DNA of 64,000 nucleotides, taken from IMG/VR virus record IMGVR_UViG_3300027503_000009. One strand, written 5' to 3'. The stretch comes from a virus. The position numbers and the translations under genes are program-made. The notes below the pieces were generated by a model that ran no database searches, was not told the DNA's origin, and worked only from the letters and a program-made list of their open reading frames with translations. Shown in pieces: positions 38,484-47,906 of this stretch (the first letter of the stretch is position 1; each line of letters opens with the position of its first letter).

Positions 38484-38726
38484 ATGAAAGAATATTTGCA
38501 AGAAGAATTAAAAACAAAATCATTTCTTATTTCTTTTAAATTTTGTGATAAAAAAGTAAGAAGTTACAAGATAACACTAAATAAAGATATAATACCAAAA
38601 GAAGCATTTTTAACTATTGGTCCAGAAACAAAATTTGCAACTGTGTGGGACATAGAAAATGAAAAATGGATAGCTTTTAGTTGGGATAAAATTTATAAAT
38701 TGGAAGAAATAAATGGCACAATATAA
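38484..38726 (+). CDS. small SH3/WYL-like phage protein
   Basis: VWDIENEKWIAF motif. Confidence 0.55.
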   Translation: MKEYLQEELKTKSFLISFKFCDKKVRSYKITLNKDIIPKEAFLTIGPETKFATVWDIENEKWIAFSWDKIYKLEEINGTI

Positions 38727-40065
38727 TAAAACATTACAACAAGTAGAAGCAATTGCACAAGAACCGAGATATGAAATAGTTGTTCTTGCTGATGAAAAAG
38801 GATCACAAATTGATAATTATAATCCATTAGATATTAATATTTCTAATGGTCAAATAGATGCATTTGGTAGAATAAGAATTTCAGATCAATTTACATTAGG
38901 TGATTATAAACATCTTTATGGAATTGATCCAAATTTTCTTGATGTAATAACTTCAAGTGCTACTATTACACATCTTCCAAATCAAGCTTGTGCCAGATTA
39001 GCTGTTACTTCAACTCCAGGCAGTAAAATAATCCATCAAACAAAATTTTATCATCATTACATGCCAGGAAAAAGTCAATTAATTAAAACGACTTTTAATT
39101 TTTATGCAGCAACTGCTGGAGTAAGAAAAAGAACAGGTTATTTCGATGCCAATAACGGAATATTTTTTGAACAAACAGGAACTGGTGAATTAGCTTTTAA
39201 TATTAGAACTTATGTTTCAGGATCTACTGACGATTCTACAAATAGAGTTACGCAACAAAATTGGAACATAGATAAATGTGATGGAACAGGAAGAAGTGGT
39301 TTTAACTTAGACATAACCAAAACACAAATTTTCTTCACAGATTTCCAATGGTTGGGTGTTGGTAGAGTTCGTTGTGGATTTGTACATGATGGTAAAATTA
39401 TAGTTGCACATGAATATTATAATTCAAACAACAAACCAACAGTTTACATGTCAAATCCAAATCTACCAATTAGATGTGAAATAGAAAATGTAAATGGTTC
39501 TTCTGCTGCATATATGGATCAAATTTGTTCAACTGTTGTCGCAGAAGGTGGTTATGCTGAAGTTGGTCAAGATTGGGCAACTGCTTCACCTTCACTAAGA
39601 ACTCTTAGTGCATCATCAACACTTCCAATATTAGCAATTCGTTTAAAAAATACATTTAATACATATGAGAATAGAATGATTGTTAGATTAATGGCAACAA
39701 ATGTTTTTAGTGATGGTGAAAATATACATTATAAAATTATAAAACTACCTAATGTTTCTAATTTAAGTGGTGGATCTTGGAACGATGTACATACAAACAG
39801 TGGAATTGAATATAATGCAACAGCTACATCATATACAGATGGCGAAGAAATAGATAATGGTTATGTTTCAGCAGCATCACAAAACGCAAACAAACTATAT
39901 GGAACATCTTCTCCAGCAAAAATAGGTCCAACAGCAAAAAAGAATTATATTGTGCAAAATTATACATCAACAGATTCAGAAATTTATGTTGTTGTAGCAA
40001 AAAATCTTTCAACAGTAAATTCAACAGGTGTTGGTGTTGGGATGCAATGGAGAGAAATATATTAA
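38713..40065 (+). CDS. conserved phage protein, possibly virion-associated
   Basis: DAFGRIR, YMPGKSQ, DFQWLGVGRVR. Confidence 0.7.
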   Translation: MAQYNKTLQQVEAIAQEPRYEIVVLADEKGSQIDNYNPLDINISNGQIDAFGRIRISDQFTLGDYKHLYGIDPNFLDVITSSATITHLPNQACARLAVTSTPGSKIIHQTKFYHHYMPGKSQLIKTTFNFYAATAGVRKRTGYFDANNGIFFEQTGTGELAFNIRTYVSGSTDDSTNRVTQQNWNIDKCDGTGRSGFNLDITKTQIFFTDFQWLGVGRVRCGFVHDGKIIVAHEYYNSNNKPTVYMSNPNLPIRCEIENVNGSSAAYMDQICSTVVAEGGYAEVGQDWATASPSLRTLSASSTLPILAIRLKNTFNTYENRMIVRLMATNVFSDGENIHYKIIKLPNVSNLSGGSWNDVHTNSGIEYNATATSYTDGEEIDNGYVSAASQNANKLYGTSSPAKIGPTAKKNYIVQNYTSTDSEIYVVVAKNLSTVNSTGVGVGMQWREIY

Positions 40066-40234
40066 AGAGGTAAAAACATGGATGAGAAAATTTTAAATTA
40101 TTTTTTGAACAACGCTTCACCAGCACAAATTATAGATTTTCAAAAAAAGAAAACCATAACACAAAAGTATAAATATCTTTTGCAGTTTGATTGGATAAAT
40201 CAAGATCAATACACAAAGTATACAAGGAAGAAAA

Positions 40235-40408
40235 ATGAAAACAAAACTTTATTGCGAAGTGTGTGATTTAGAATTTACAGTAAATGCAAAAAACACATCA
40301 GTGCCAGTAAAATTCTGCCCTTTCTGCGGCACACACGACGAAGAATCTTTTGATTTTCTAAAAGATGACGAAGACGATTATCCAGAAGAACCTGAAGATG
40401 AATATTAA
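40235..40408 (+). CDS. small zinc-ribbon protein with an acidic tail
   Basis: CEVC and CPFC motifs; not in the ORF track. Confidence 0.7.
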   Translation: MKTKLYCEVCDLEFTVNAKNTSVPVKFCPFCGTHDEESFDFLKDDEDDYPEEPEDEY

Positions 40409-40423
40409 TGACGAAGTACATCA

Positions 40424-40996
40424 ATGCTTTATATTGGAATTGATTATTCTATAACATCACCCTCAATTTGCACATTCTATGGAGACAAAAAATCTTTTGA
40501 TCCTAGAATGTGCAATTTCTTTTATTACAACAAAACAAAACAAATTTCTCCTCTTGAATTTGTACACCAAACAACACCACCAGAAAATTACAAATCCCCA
40601 ATCAACAGATTTACCTTAATAGCAAACTGGACAATTAGATGCATTGATATAACAAAACAAGCATATGATTATCCAGAAACTATGATAATCATAGAAGATT
40701 ATTCATTTGGATCAAAAGGTAAGATATTTGAATTAGCAGAAAATTGTGGAATAATGAAATATATGTTAGAAGTGGAAAATTACAAATATCAAAAAATTGC
40801 TCCTACCACATTAAAGAAATATGCAACAAGTTCAGGTAGAAGCAATAAAGATGATATGTATGATAAATTTTTTGAAGAAACACAGTTAAAGCTAAAAGAA
40901 ACATTCTCAAAAAAGAAAATTAAAATATCTTCACCTGTATCAGATTTGGTAGATAGTTATTACTTGTGTAAATATCTGGTGTTTCCACCAGAATAA
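40424..40996 (+). CDS. RuvC-like (RNase H fold) resolvase
   Basis: GIDYS, IEDYSFG, PTTLKK, DLVDSY. Confidence 0.8.
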   Translation: MLYIGIDYSITSPSICTFYGDKKSFDPRMCNFFYYNKTKQISPLEFVHQTTPPENYKSPINRFTLIANWTIRCIDITKQAYDYPETMIIIEDYSFGSKGKIFELAENCGIMKYMLEVENYKYQKIAPTTLKKYATSSGRSNKDDMYDKFFEETQLKLKETFSKKKIKISSPVSDLVDSYYLCKYLVFPPE

Positions 40997-41033
40997 AAAC
41001 ATCTGGTGTTTCCACCAGAATAAAAACATCTGG
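40975..41033. repeat. tandem duplication of about 26 bp with an internal palindrome
   Basis: ATCTGGTGTTTCCACCAGAATAAAAAC present twice. Confidence 0.85.
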
Positions 41034-41181
41034 GGAAAAAATTCTGGGGGAAAAATTTTTGGCGGGAAAAATTTTGGGGGGAATTTTTTTATTTTTTTAG
41101 ATTGTGTTAGGTTGGGTGTGTTTTCTGGGGAAAAGAAATAAAGTTTTTTAAAGTGGGGGATAATACATAATACCCTACCGG

Positions 41182-41226
41182 GGGAGTACTAGTACTCCCA
41201 CTTTAAGGTTGTGTTAGTACTAGTAC
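41182..41226. repeat. GTAC cluster and perfect palindrome
   Basis: GGGAGTACTAGTACTCCC; 4 GTAC sites. Confidence 0.8.
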
Positions 41227-41236
41227 CAAAAGGGGC

Positions 41237-41473
41237 TTAAGCCCCTTTTGCCAGCCACCAGTCGCATGATTGTTTGAGTATAGTTTGGGCCTCACCCAAA
41301 ACCCAATCACGGTGATCGTCGCTCATCTTATAGTAAGGATCAATCCGGAGATTATCCAGAATCGTTTGAAAAAATTCGGGATTGTTTTCGTTCCCCACAA
41401 TTAAATCAGCATACGCCAGCAAAATTTTGCTGGCGGAGTTGCGGTCATTCAACATCTTCAGTAACTTTTCCAT
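41237..41473 (-). CDS. early hypothetical protein (leaderless)
   Basis: TTGACA...GAGAAT, then ATG after 5 nt. Confidence 0.75.
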   Translation of the reverse strand: MEKLLKMLNDRNSASKILLAYADLIVGNENNPEFFQTILDNLRIDPYYKMSDDHRDWVLGEAQTILKQSCDWWLAKGA

Positions 41474-41538
41474 AATTCATTCTCCCATGAAAACGTGGTT
41501 TCTGTCAATGAAAAAAAGGGGGTTTCCCCCCTTTTTTT

Positions 41539-41745
41539 CTACTCAAACGTGATAACGTTGAAACCCAACGCCTTGAAAATATCGGTCAATTCTTCGACCG
41601 ATTCACCGTCCCATTCCGGCTCAAACTCCGGAAAGTTCCATTCCCCCTCAGCCATCATTTCCTGCAATTCCTGATCCGTAGGACCGGACATTTCCTCGCA
41701 GTTAATCTGCGTGTCGAAATCGTCAAATTCGAAATTGTTGGTCAT
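41539..41745 (-). CDS. acidic early protein
   Basis: AAGGA RBS, D/E-rich, terminator hairpin downstream. Confidence 0.75.
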   Translation of the reverse strand: MTNNFEFDDFDTQINCEEMSGPTDQELQEMMAEGEWNFPEFEPEWDGESVEELTDIFKALGFNVITFE

Positions 41746-41871
41746 TTTCCTTTTCCTTTTCCTTTTCTGTAGTGGTGTATCCCCTACACCTATAGATTAC
41801 CACACTATCGGACAGAATCAAACGAAAAATGACGGGAAACGATATTTTTTTCGTTTCCCGTCATGACGGGA

Positions 41872-42492
41872 TTAGATCCCGTGGATTCGTTTCCACGTCA
41901 CCCAAGTAATAGCTTGAACCTGAGATGCGGACAAACCAACAATTCCCGCTACCATCCGGTATGCGGAAATAATCGCAGAACGTTCCCGTTCTGCGATATG
42001 CGGCATTGTCGCTACAGTGTAGCGATAGCCTACCGCAACGCTATAGGCATGAACGTCTACGGTAACCTTATCGTCACCGTTCTTATCACCGTTGCGGAGG
42101 TTATCAGCAAAAGCCGTAACCTTGGGACCGCTCAAAATATGGCGAAACGGTTCGTTCCGTTTGTCTGCTAACAGGATAGCAGCTGCCTTGTCGATGTTGC
42201 GACGATAGCCCGCAACACCGGACACTAACGATAACGGCTTATCGTTAGCGATAGCGTCGGCCAAAATATCAATTCCATTCAAATTTGAAGTCCAACGGAT
42301 ACCCGGCGATAATGCGGCAGTTGCATCAACTACCGCATCGAACGAAAAGTTAGAAACACGGGCAATAACCCGTAATTGTTCGTGGGCGGCGGTGTACCAT
42401 GCACCCCCGGAGCGTTTTTCTTCCGGCGTCGCCATATTGTAGACGGCGAGGATGTTGGTCATGAAATCGTTGGTCATACGAAAAATGGTCAT
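41872..42492 (-). CDS. conserved phage early protein
   Basis: GAWY, AALSP..RW, GPKV..F and VTVDVHA motifs. Confidence 0.8.
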   Translation of the reverse strand: MTIFRMTNDFMTNILAVYNMATPEEKRSGGAWYTAAHEQLRVIARVSNFSFDAVVDATAALSPGIRWTSNLNGIDILADAIANDKPLSLVSGVAGYRRNIDKAAAILLADKRNEPFRHILSGPKVTAFADNLRNGDKNGDDKVTVDVHAYSVAVGYRYTVATMPHIAERERSAIISAYRMVAGIVGLSASQVQAITWVTWKRIHGI

Positions 42493-42692
42493 TTTTTCCT
42501 TTTCTGTTTGGCGCTGGCCTCAACTCTTATAGATTACCATAGGCCAGAACTAAACTGCAATACCCTACCACGAAAAAACTACATAAATTCCATAAATACC
42601 CCCCATAAGGAAAACGAATGATAGCGCATCCAAAATCATATTGATAACGTTGTTTTTCATACTGTTATTCTCTCATGAAAAAATGGGGATTG

Positions 42693-42908
42693 TCAATCCC
42701 CATTTTCATTATTTTCCATATCTTCAATGACTTCAATCATCTCACGGTACAACGGGCAATAGTTCCAGTGACCAACATGATGTCCCAACATCAAATCGAA
42801 ATGCTCATATTTTTCACCGTTCCACTCCCAACGGGAATGGATTAAATTATATTCATTCCCGTTGTGATAGACCGTCATGATTTTTTCTTCAATGTAATTT
42901 TGTTCCAT
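42693..42908 (-). CDS. early hypothetical protein (leaderless)
   Basis: TTGACA-17-TACCAT-6-ATG; TGA stop lies inside the next TTGACA. Confidence 0.75.
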   Translation of the reverse strand: MEQNYIEEKIMTVYHNGNEYNLIHSRWEWNGEKYEHFDLMLGHHVGHWNYCPLYREMIEVIEDMENNENGD

Positions 42909-42960
42909 GAGTCAATGGTATCAAGGTCAGAAAAAAATGTCAAGAAAAAAACAAAAAAAA

Positions 42961-43135
42961 TTTTGGTACTATCGGTCCTGGTGCCAGTACTAGTACCTCG
43001 CCAGGTCTGGTACTATTGGTCCTGGTGGTACTATCGGAAGGGGATGGGCGTACTAGTACTAGTGACCAGTTAGTACTAATGCGCCCATCCGCAGTACTAG
43101 TACCGTTGACCAGACGGTACTAGTGGTACTGGTAG
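42961..43135. repeat. non-coding GTAC-rich repeat cluster
   Basis: 12 GTAC tetramers in about 165 nt, including GTACTAGTAC units. Confidence 0.85.
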
Positions 43136-43151
43136 GCAAAGGAACTACCAG

Positions 43152-43346
43152 TTAATCTTCCCAAACAAACTTCGCAGAATTTAACTTAACTTGCCCCCAT
43201 TGGTCAACTTGCCAACTCATTCCGGCCCAATCAAACAACCAATGTTCCCACAAGTTAGACCAACGCATGTTTGCGAGAATAATCTTCGCATCATATGATC
43301 TGAACTTCTCTTGAATTGAGGCGACAATCTCAGGCGTGGGTGTCAT
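43152..43346 (-). CDS. early Trp-rich hypothetical protein
   Basis: Own promoter directly upstream of the ATG. Confidence 0.7.
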   Translation of the reverse strand: MTPTPEIVASIQEKFRSYDAKIILANMRWSNLWEHWLFDWAGMSWQVDQWGQVKLNSAKFVWED

Positions 43347-43401
43347 ATGTTCCTATCTTAGCACGATGTGTTCAGGTTGTCAACCTGATGTGTTCAAATT
43401 T

Positions 43402-43505
43402 CCTTTTAATTAAGTCCTTTTCCGGCATTATGCGTAGGTCATCAATACTTTTGGAGGGGTACAAACGACCCTTACGCATTGACGGAAAAGGACTTAATTA
43501 AAAGG
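43402..43505. repeat. long inverted repeat
   Basis: 23-bp perfect arms CCTTTTAATTAAGTCCTTTTCCG. Confidence 0.85.
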
Positions 43506-43510
43506 TGGGG

Positions 43511-43774
43511 CTACTGCCCCACCTTCTTGCTGATGTGACGGGCGATAATCTTGCCCGTCACCTGATTGCGAACACGCTTCTTATTGCCATTCTCAGCAAC
43601 AATCTGGTTGTAGAGGTACATAACAGCCCCAAGATTGGAGTCCACCAGATTGATCGTGGTGTACTTGGACTTGTCCACACCAACTTGAATCTGGTAGCCA
43701 GTGTTGGGGGTGTTCTGAATCGCACCCTTCTCATTCTGGAAGGAAGCGGTCTGGAAGTTGAAGGTCATCTGCAT
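43511..43774 (-). CDS. early hypothetical protein
   Basis: Promoter, conserved GAGTCAGGGCAAG leader and RBS. Confidence 0.75.
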   Translation of the reverse strand: MQMTFNFQTASFQNEKGAIQNTPNTGYQIQVGVDKSKYTTINLVDSNLGAVMYLYNQIVAENGNKKRVRNQVTGKIIARHISKKVGQ

Positions 43775-43876
43775 TTTCGTTTTTTCCTTTTCTATCAGGC
43801 TTGCCCTGACTCTTTTAGTATCTCACAGGTTCGGTTGCTTGTCAACAGTTTTCAGAACTTTTTTTCTTGGGGGAGG

Positions 43877-44158
43877 TTATTCCTCCCCCATCCCCTCATC
43901 GCCACCATCCTCATTTTCTACATCACCCACAAACTCAACTCCCGGCCAGTAGAAAACATATCCATAACCCATGTTATCCCATTTCACATTGGTTGGGACG
44001 TAAACGTTTCTACGTCCCATTTCATACATCACATCCAAAATCTCAGCCATTGTGTCAACCACAATGGCAAGGCAAGATTTGCCACCCATATAACGGCCAG
44101 AATAGCCCCTGCACTCAAAACCACAATCTTCGAGAAATTCCTGCAAATCGCTTTTCAT
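43877..44158 (-). CDS. early hypothetical protein
   Basis: YSGRYMGGKSCLA...WDNMG motif; leaderless promoter. Confidence 0.78.
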   Translation of the reverse strand: MKSDLQEFLEDCGFECRGYSGRYMGGKSCLAIVVDTMAEILDVMYEMGRRNVYVPTNVKWDNMGYGYVFYWPGVEFVGDVENEDGGDEGMGEE

Positions 44159-44196
44159 GATTTTATTCTCCCATACTGGAAGGGGTTTGTCAACCC

Positions 44197-44412
44197 CTAG
44201 AACAACTTTTTGTGAAATTTCACAACTTTGGAAATCGCAGACTGCAAAGTTTTGCAGGGAACTAAGGAAATCTTCTCTTCAGAAAACAACATCAGTTCTT
44301 TTTTCTTAGGGTTCCAATCAGCAACCAGTGTGCCATTCAGCAAAAACTCAGTGAAGCAGTAGATGCTGCCACGGTCAAAGGTGTTGATTTCAAGTTTCTG
44401 TTTTTCAACCAT
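44197..44412 (-). CDS. early hypothetical protein
   Basis: Leaderless promoter. Confidence 0.7.
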   Translation of the reverse strand: MVEKQKLEINTFDRGSIYCFTEFLLNGTLVADWNPKKKELMLFSEEKISLVPCKTLQSAISKVVKFHKKLF

Positions 44413-44559
44413 GATTTATATTACCACGACCCCTCAGAGAATGGCAACAGAAAAATGATGAAAACTAGAAGTTTTTTCTGTTGCCATTCTCTGAGGGGTG
44501 TCAGGGGTACCCCTGACACCCAAAACCCCAGGAAGGGCCGTTTCCGGCCCAGGAATCAC

Positions 44560-44778
44560 CTATTCCCCGTAGTAGTCGTAAGACTCATACTGCGATTCAT
44601 ACATCGAATCCAGGTGCTGGTCCTCCAGCTCAAAACTAGGATCTTCAGGATAGTCCTGGAAATCGTCAGAATCATAGATGTCGGCCATTTCAGCCTGAGC
44701 ATCTTCCCAGGCTTCATTCCGACCCATTTCTTCCAGGTCGTTTTCGTAGAACTCGTAGGTGTCGTAGTCTTCAAACAT
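44560..44778 (-). CDS. extremely acidic early protein (72 aa)
   Basis: AAGGAG RBS; 27 D/E, 1 R, no K. Confidence 0.8.
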   Translation of the reverse strand: MFEDYDTYEFYENDLEEMGRNEAWEDAQAEMADIYDSDDFQDYPEDPSFELEDQHLDSMYESQYESYDYYGE

Positions 44779-44893
44779 TCCGTTTTCTCCTTTTGTCTTG
44801 GCTCTTGCCCTGACTCTTTTAGTATCGCACGTTGTAGCAGGGAAGTCAACAACTTTTTTTGTTTTTTTGTGGGGGATTTTCGCCCCCCACACT

Positions 44894-45130
44894 TTACTTC
44901 ACCTGAACCGCAACCTGTTTGATTTCAGCAACATAGACATCGCCCACATCAAACGTTCCATATGTCATTGGAGACTTCACCGCACAGTACCAGCGAGCGA
45001 AGGGGTTTTGCTTTTCCTTTTCCGGAGTCTGATAGGTCTTGAGAACACGCCATTCCCAGGAACCATCAAAACTCTTGAAAATCATATGAGGATTGTCAAT
45101 CTTGGCAGTTTTGCCGAATGGATTCTTCAT
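44894..45130 (-). CDS. early hypothetical protein
   Basis: WEWRVLKTYQ...ARWYCAVKSP; leaderless promoter. Confidence 0.78.
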   Translation of the reverse strand: MKNPFGKTAKIDNPHMIFKSFDGSWEWRVLKTYQTPEKEKQNPFARWYCAVKSPMTYGTFDVGDVYVAEIKQVAVQVK

Positions 45131-45168
45131 ATTGTTAGTATCTCACATTCTGGGGGGTTTGTCAACAG

Positions 45169-45492
45169 TTACCAGTGAAAAAGTCCCCTCTTTTTTTCAC
45201 CGTTTGCGTAAACCACTAAAACATCACCATCACCATCACCATCACCAAAAACAACAGGATCACCATAAGTAGACGGGACATCATCGCCAACTTCACCAGA
45301 CCATTTGCTGGACCAGCGATCACCGCAACAAGGGCAGTCAACGCCAGAATCACAACCATCGAAGTAAACACCCTCTACTTCTAAAACACGATTGTTCGCA
45401 TCTTCGGCGTTTTCAGCCTCAACAACAACGTGTTTTGCTGGTCCGGTGAAATGACCACCTGAATTATTTTGAGAAAAATGGAAGAATTTCAT
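45169..45492 (-). CDS. early hypothetical protein (QNNSGG...DCPCCGDRW family)
   Basis: Recognisable motifs; leaderless promoter. Confidence 0.8.
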   Translation of the reverse strand: MKFFHFSQNNSGGHFTGPAKHVVVEAENAEDANNRVLEVEGVYFDGCDSGVDCPCCGDRWSSKWSGEVGDDVPSTYGDPVVFGDGDGDGDVLVVYANGEKKRGLFHW

Positions 45493-45549
45493 ACTTTTAG
45501 TTTCTCACATTCTGGGGGGTTTGTCAACCCCCCACTTGAAGTTTTTTTG

Positions 45550-45813
45550 CTATTCAGCGATTCGGCGTTCAAACACCCCACGTTCCAGAGTGGCAGTGTC
45601 AGAACCATCAGTGTGGAACGTGATGGGGAAGTAGTCTTCACCAATCTGAGCATAAACTTCAGTTTCATTCATACCCAAGTCAATCCAGTCACCAACAGCA
45701 CCAGCGTAAGTCTCAGATTCTACAACATTTTCAGGATTGAAATTCCCAGGAAGGTCACCAACCAGGAAACGCTTGATAGGGAGGGTCGAAAACTTAACTT
45801 TCTTCAGAAACAT
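45550..45813 (-). CDS. early hypothetical protein
   Basis: Conserved leader and RBS. Confidence 0.72.
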   Translation of the reverse strand: MFLKKVKFSTLPIKRFLVGDLPGNFNPENVVESETYAGAVGDWIDLGMNETEVYAQIGEDYFPITFHTDGSDTATLERGVFERRIAE

Positions 45814-46307
45814 GGTCTTTTCTCCTTTTGTCCTGGCTCTTGCCCTGACTCTTTTACTTTACCACAACCTTTTTCCGGTTGTCAACAGAATTTTTCAAGT
45901 TTTTGTGAAAGTCACAAACGTTCCGTTTGCAGTTGGGGCAGTTCAGAATCGAAAGCATCAGGTGTTGTTTGCTCATGTTTTTACTTTACCACAGAAGTTT
46001 TGGGGATGTCAAGAGTTTTTTTCAACTCTTTCGAAAAATCCAGCACAGTCGGAAATGCAATAGAAAACAAAGAAACAACCAGGACAATCAACAGAATGTC
46101 AAACATCGAATCACTGATAAGCCGTTTCATGAATCCATCATCTCACAGTCTGGGGAATTTGTCAACTACTTAATTGCACAATCTGCTTTCATGGCGAAAA
46201 AAATAATAATCACACCGAAAAGATAACCCGCCATGAAAAACGTAAGATATTTGAGTCGAAGTTCTTTTCTTGTCATGAATCCATCATCTCACAGTCTGAG
46301 GGGTTTG

Positions 46308-46523
46308 TCAACCCCAAGAACCAAGTTTTTTCTTTTTTGTTGCGGCAACCAGAACAGCTTCAGAAATCATTAAAAAAACTTCAGAATCAATCACAGTCTG
46401 GATTTCCCGCAACTTGTAACCCTTTTGTTGCCAATTGATTACAATGGGTTTCAATGCTTCATACACTTCATCCGCAAGTTGTTGACCTTCAAGAGTTTTT
46501 GCTTCATACTCATTGTAAAGCAT
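46308..46523 (-). CDS. hypothetical protein
   Basis: GGAGG RBS; TAATG coupling with the upstream ORF. Confidence 0.72.
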   Translation of the reverse strand: MLYNEYEAKTLEGQQLADEVYEALKPIVINWQQKGYKLREIQTVIDSEVFLMISEAVLVAATKKKKLGSWG

Positions 46524-46660
46524 TATTCTTCCTCCTTCTTGTGCTTGCGCTTGCGATAATTCTTGCTTTTGGTTTTCTTGTCCTGGATAATAGATCCGGT
46601 CTTTACACCAGACCGGATCTTAGCAGGATTAAACTTGGGCAGCTTGATGTGTTCAACCAT
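46523..46660 (-). CDS. small basic protein (45 aa, not in the ORF track)
   Basis: Leaderless promoter; ends KTKSKNYRKRKHKKEEE. Confidence 0.65.
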   Translation of the reverse strand: MVEHIKLPKFNPAKIRSGVKTGSIIQDKKTKSKNYRKRKHKKEEE

Positions 46661-46695
46661 ACTGTTATTATCCCATGTGTTCTTCACAATGTCAA

Positions 46696-46899
46696 CTACT
46701 CTTCAAGTTTTTTTTGTAAGGCACTGATAATTAAAGGTAATTCTTCTTTCGACAAGGTGATTCTACTCATAATTTTTCCTTGATCGTCATGTTGGCGAAT
46801 CTCAAACAACCCAAGTCCATCAGCATCATCTGTGACTGCAATATGGTCACCTGTGTCATCATTCCAAATTCTGTAGCAAATTTCCATACTGTGCCGCAT
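46696..46899 (-). CDS. hypothetical protein
   Basis: AGGAG RBS. Confidence 0.72.
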   Translation of the reverse strand: MRHSMEICYRIWNDDTGDHIAVTDDADGLGLFEIRQHDDQGKIMSRITLSKEELPLIISALQKKLEE

Positions 46900-46907
46900 T
46901 TTTTCTC

Positions 46908-47027
46908 CTAGTTAAAAGGTGATTTGTATTTCTTACCACATTCAAGGCAACTGTAATGACCATTAACAGGTCTGGTCATCTTTGTGTGGAATTCCCGACA
47001 AAACCAAACACTAAGCTTTTGCAGCAT
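46908..47027 (-). CDS. small Cys/His zinc-binding-like protein (39 aa, not in the ORF track)
   Basis: MLQKLSVWFCREFHTKMTRPVNGHYSCLECGKKYKSPFN; AAGGA RBS. Confidence 0.6.
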   Translation of the reverse strand: MLQKLSVWFCREFHTKMTRPVNGHYSCLECGKKYKSPFN

Positions 47028-47202
47028 TTTGATTATCCTTTAACGTAGACAAAACCAAAATCTGCATCGTCACAAAGTCGATAATAGCCTGAGCGTTCAG
47101 GTAATCATCGTCGTTTTCATCGAACCTGCTAATAATCAGGTTCATCAGACCGATTACCTTCATGTTTCCGCTAATCAGATCGTCAATCACATCGTTCATC
47201 AT
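47011..47202 (-). CDS. early hypothetical protein
   Basis: TTGACA-17-GATAAT-6-ATG. Confidence 0.7.
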   Translation of the reverse strand: MMNDVIDDLISGNMKVIGLMNLIISRFDENDDDYLNAQAIIDFVTMQILVLSTLKDNQNAAKA

Positions 47203-47240
47203 GATATTATTATCGCACCTTTCTTTTCGGTTGTCAAGCA

Positions 47241-47438
47241 TTATTTTGTAGACCTAAACCAAGACCTAGACATAGACCTAGACCAAGACCCAGACGCAGA
47301 CCAAGACCCAGACCCAGACCAAGACCCAGACCCAGACCCAGACCAAGACCCAGACCCAGACCTAGACCAAGACCTAGATCTAGACCCAGACATAGACCAA
47401 GACCAAATATTTCTTTTGTAGATTGATTTCTTGATCAT
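47241..47438 (-). CDS. (Ser-X)n repeat peptide, copy 1
   Basis: MIKKSIYKRNIW leader followed by TCT-NNG repeats. Confidence 0.7.
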   Translation of the reverse strand: MIKKSIYKRNIWSWSMSGSRSRSWSRSGSGSWSGSGSGSWSGSGSWSASGSWSRSMSRSWFRSTK

Positions 47439-47444
47439 AGTTTA

Positions 47445-47603
47445 TTATCCAATTTCAGAATAAGTCCTAGACACAGACCAAGACCTAGACCCAGACCAAG
47501 ACCTAGACCAAGTCCTAGACCCAGACCTAGACCCATACAAAGACCAAGACCCAGACCTAGACATAGACCAAATATTTCTTTTGTAGATTGATTTCTTGAT
47601 CAT
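47445..47603 (-). CDS. (Ser-X)n repeat peptide, copy 2 (52 aa, not in the ORF track)
   Basis: MIKKSIYKRNIWSMSRSGSW...TYSEIG. Confidence 0.7.
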   Translation of the reverse strand: MIKKSIYKRNIWSMSRSGSWSLYGSRSGSRTWSRSWSGSRSWSVSRTYSEIG

Positions 47604-47639
47604 AAACAAAAAAGTTTGGGGGATTTCTCCCCCAAACCA

Positions 47640-47906
47640 CTAACCCTTCTTACCGATGCCGAAAGACTCAATTGCAGAAGTCTGCACATACCAAGTCTTC
47701 GTGGGAAGGTTCTGAGCGTCCTTGTACTTCGAATCGCTGAACGCACCAGTCTCATAAACAATCTTGGCATCGTCCAGAAGGACACAGGTATCGTTCACTC
47801 CAGTGAGCGTACCAGCATAGATGTAGTTCGCACAGAACAACATCACGTGCTCACCAAGAAGGGCCACAAGACCTTCACCCTGAACCTCAGTCACAATCTT
47901 CTTCAT
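47640..47906 (-). CDS. Sm/LSm-fold-like protein
   Basis: Sm1-like LLGEHVMLFCANYIYAGTLTGVNDTCVLLDDA; Sm2-like WYVQTSAIESF. Confidence 0.65.
   Translation of the reverse strand: MKKIVTEVQGEGLVALLGEHVMLFCANYIYAGTLTGVNDTCVLLDDAKIVYETGAFSDSKYKDAQNLPTKTWYVQTSAIESFGIGKKG

Noticed and set aside
41863-46783. Long + strand ORFs in the early region (41863, 43505, 44455, 45469, 46454)
   Set aside because: They are antisense to minus-strand cassettes that carry the promoters and RBSs; higher GC lengthens shadow ORFs.
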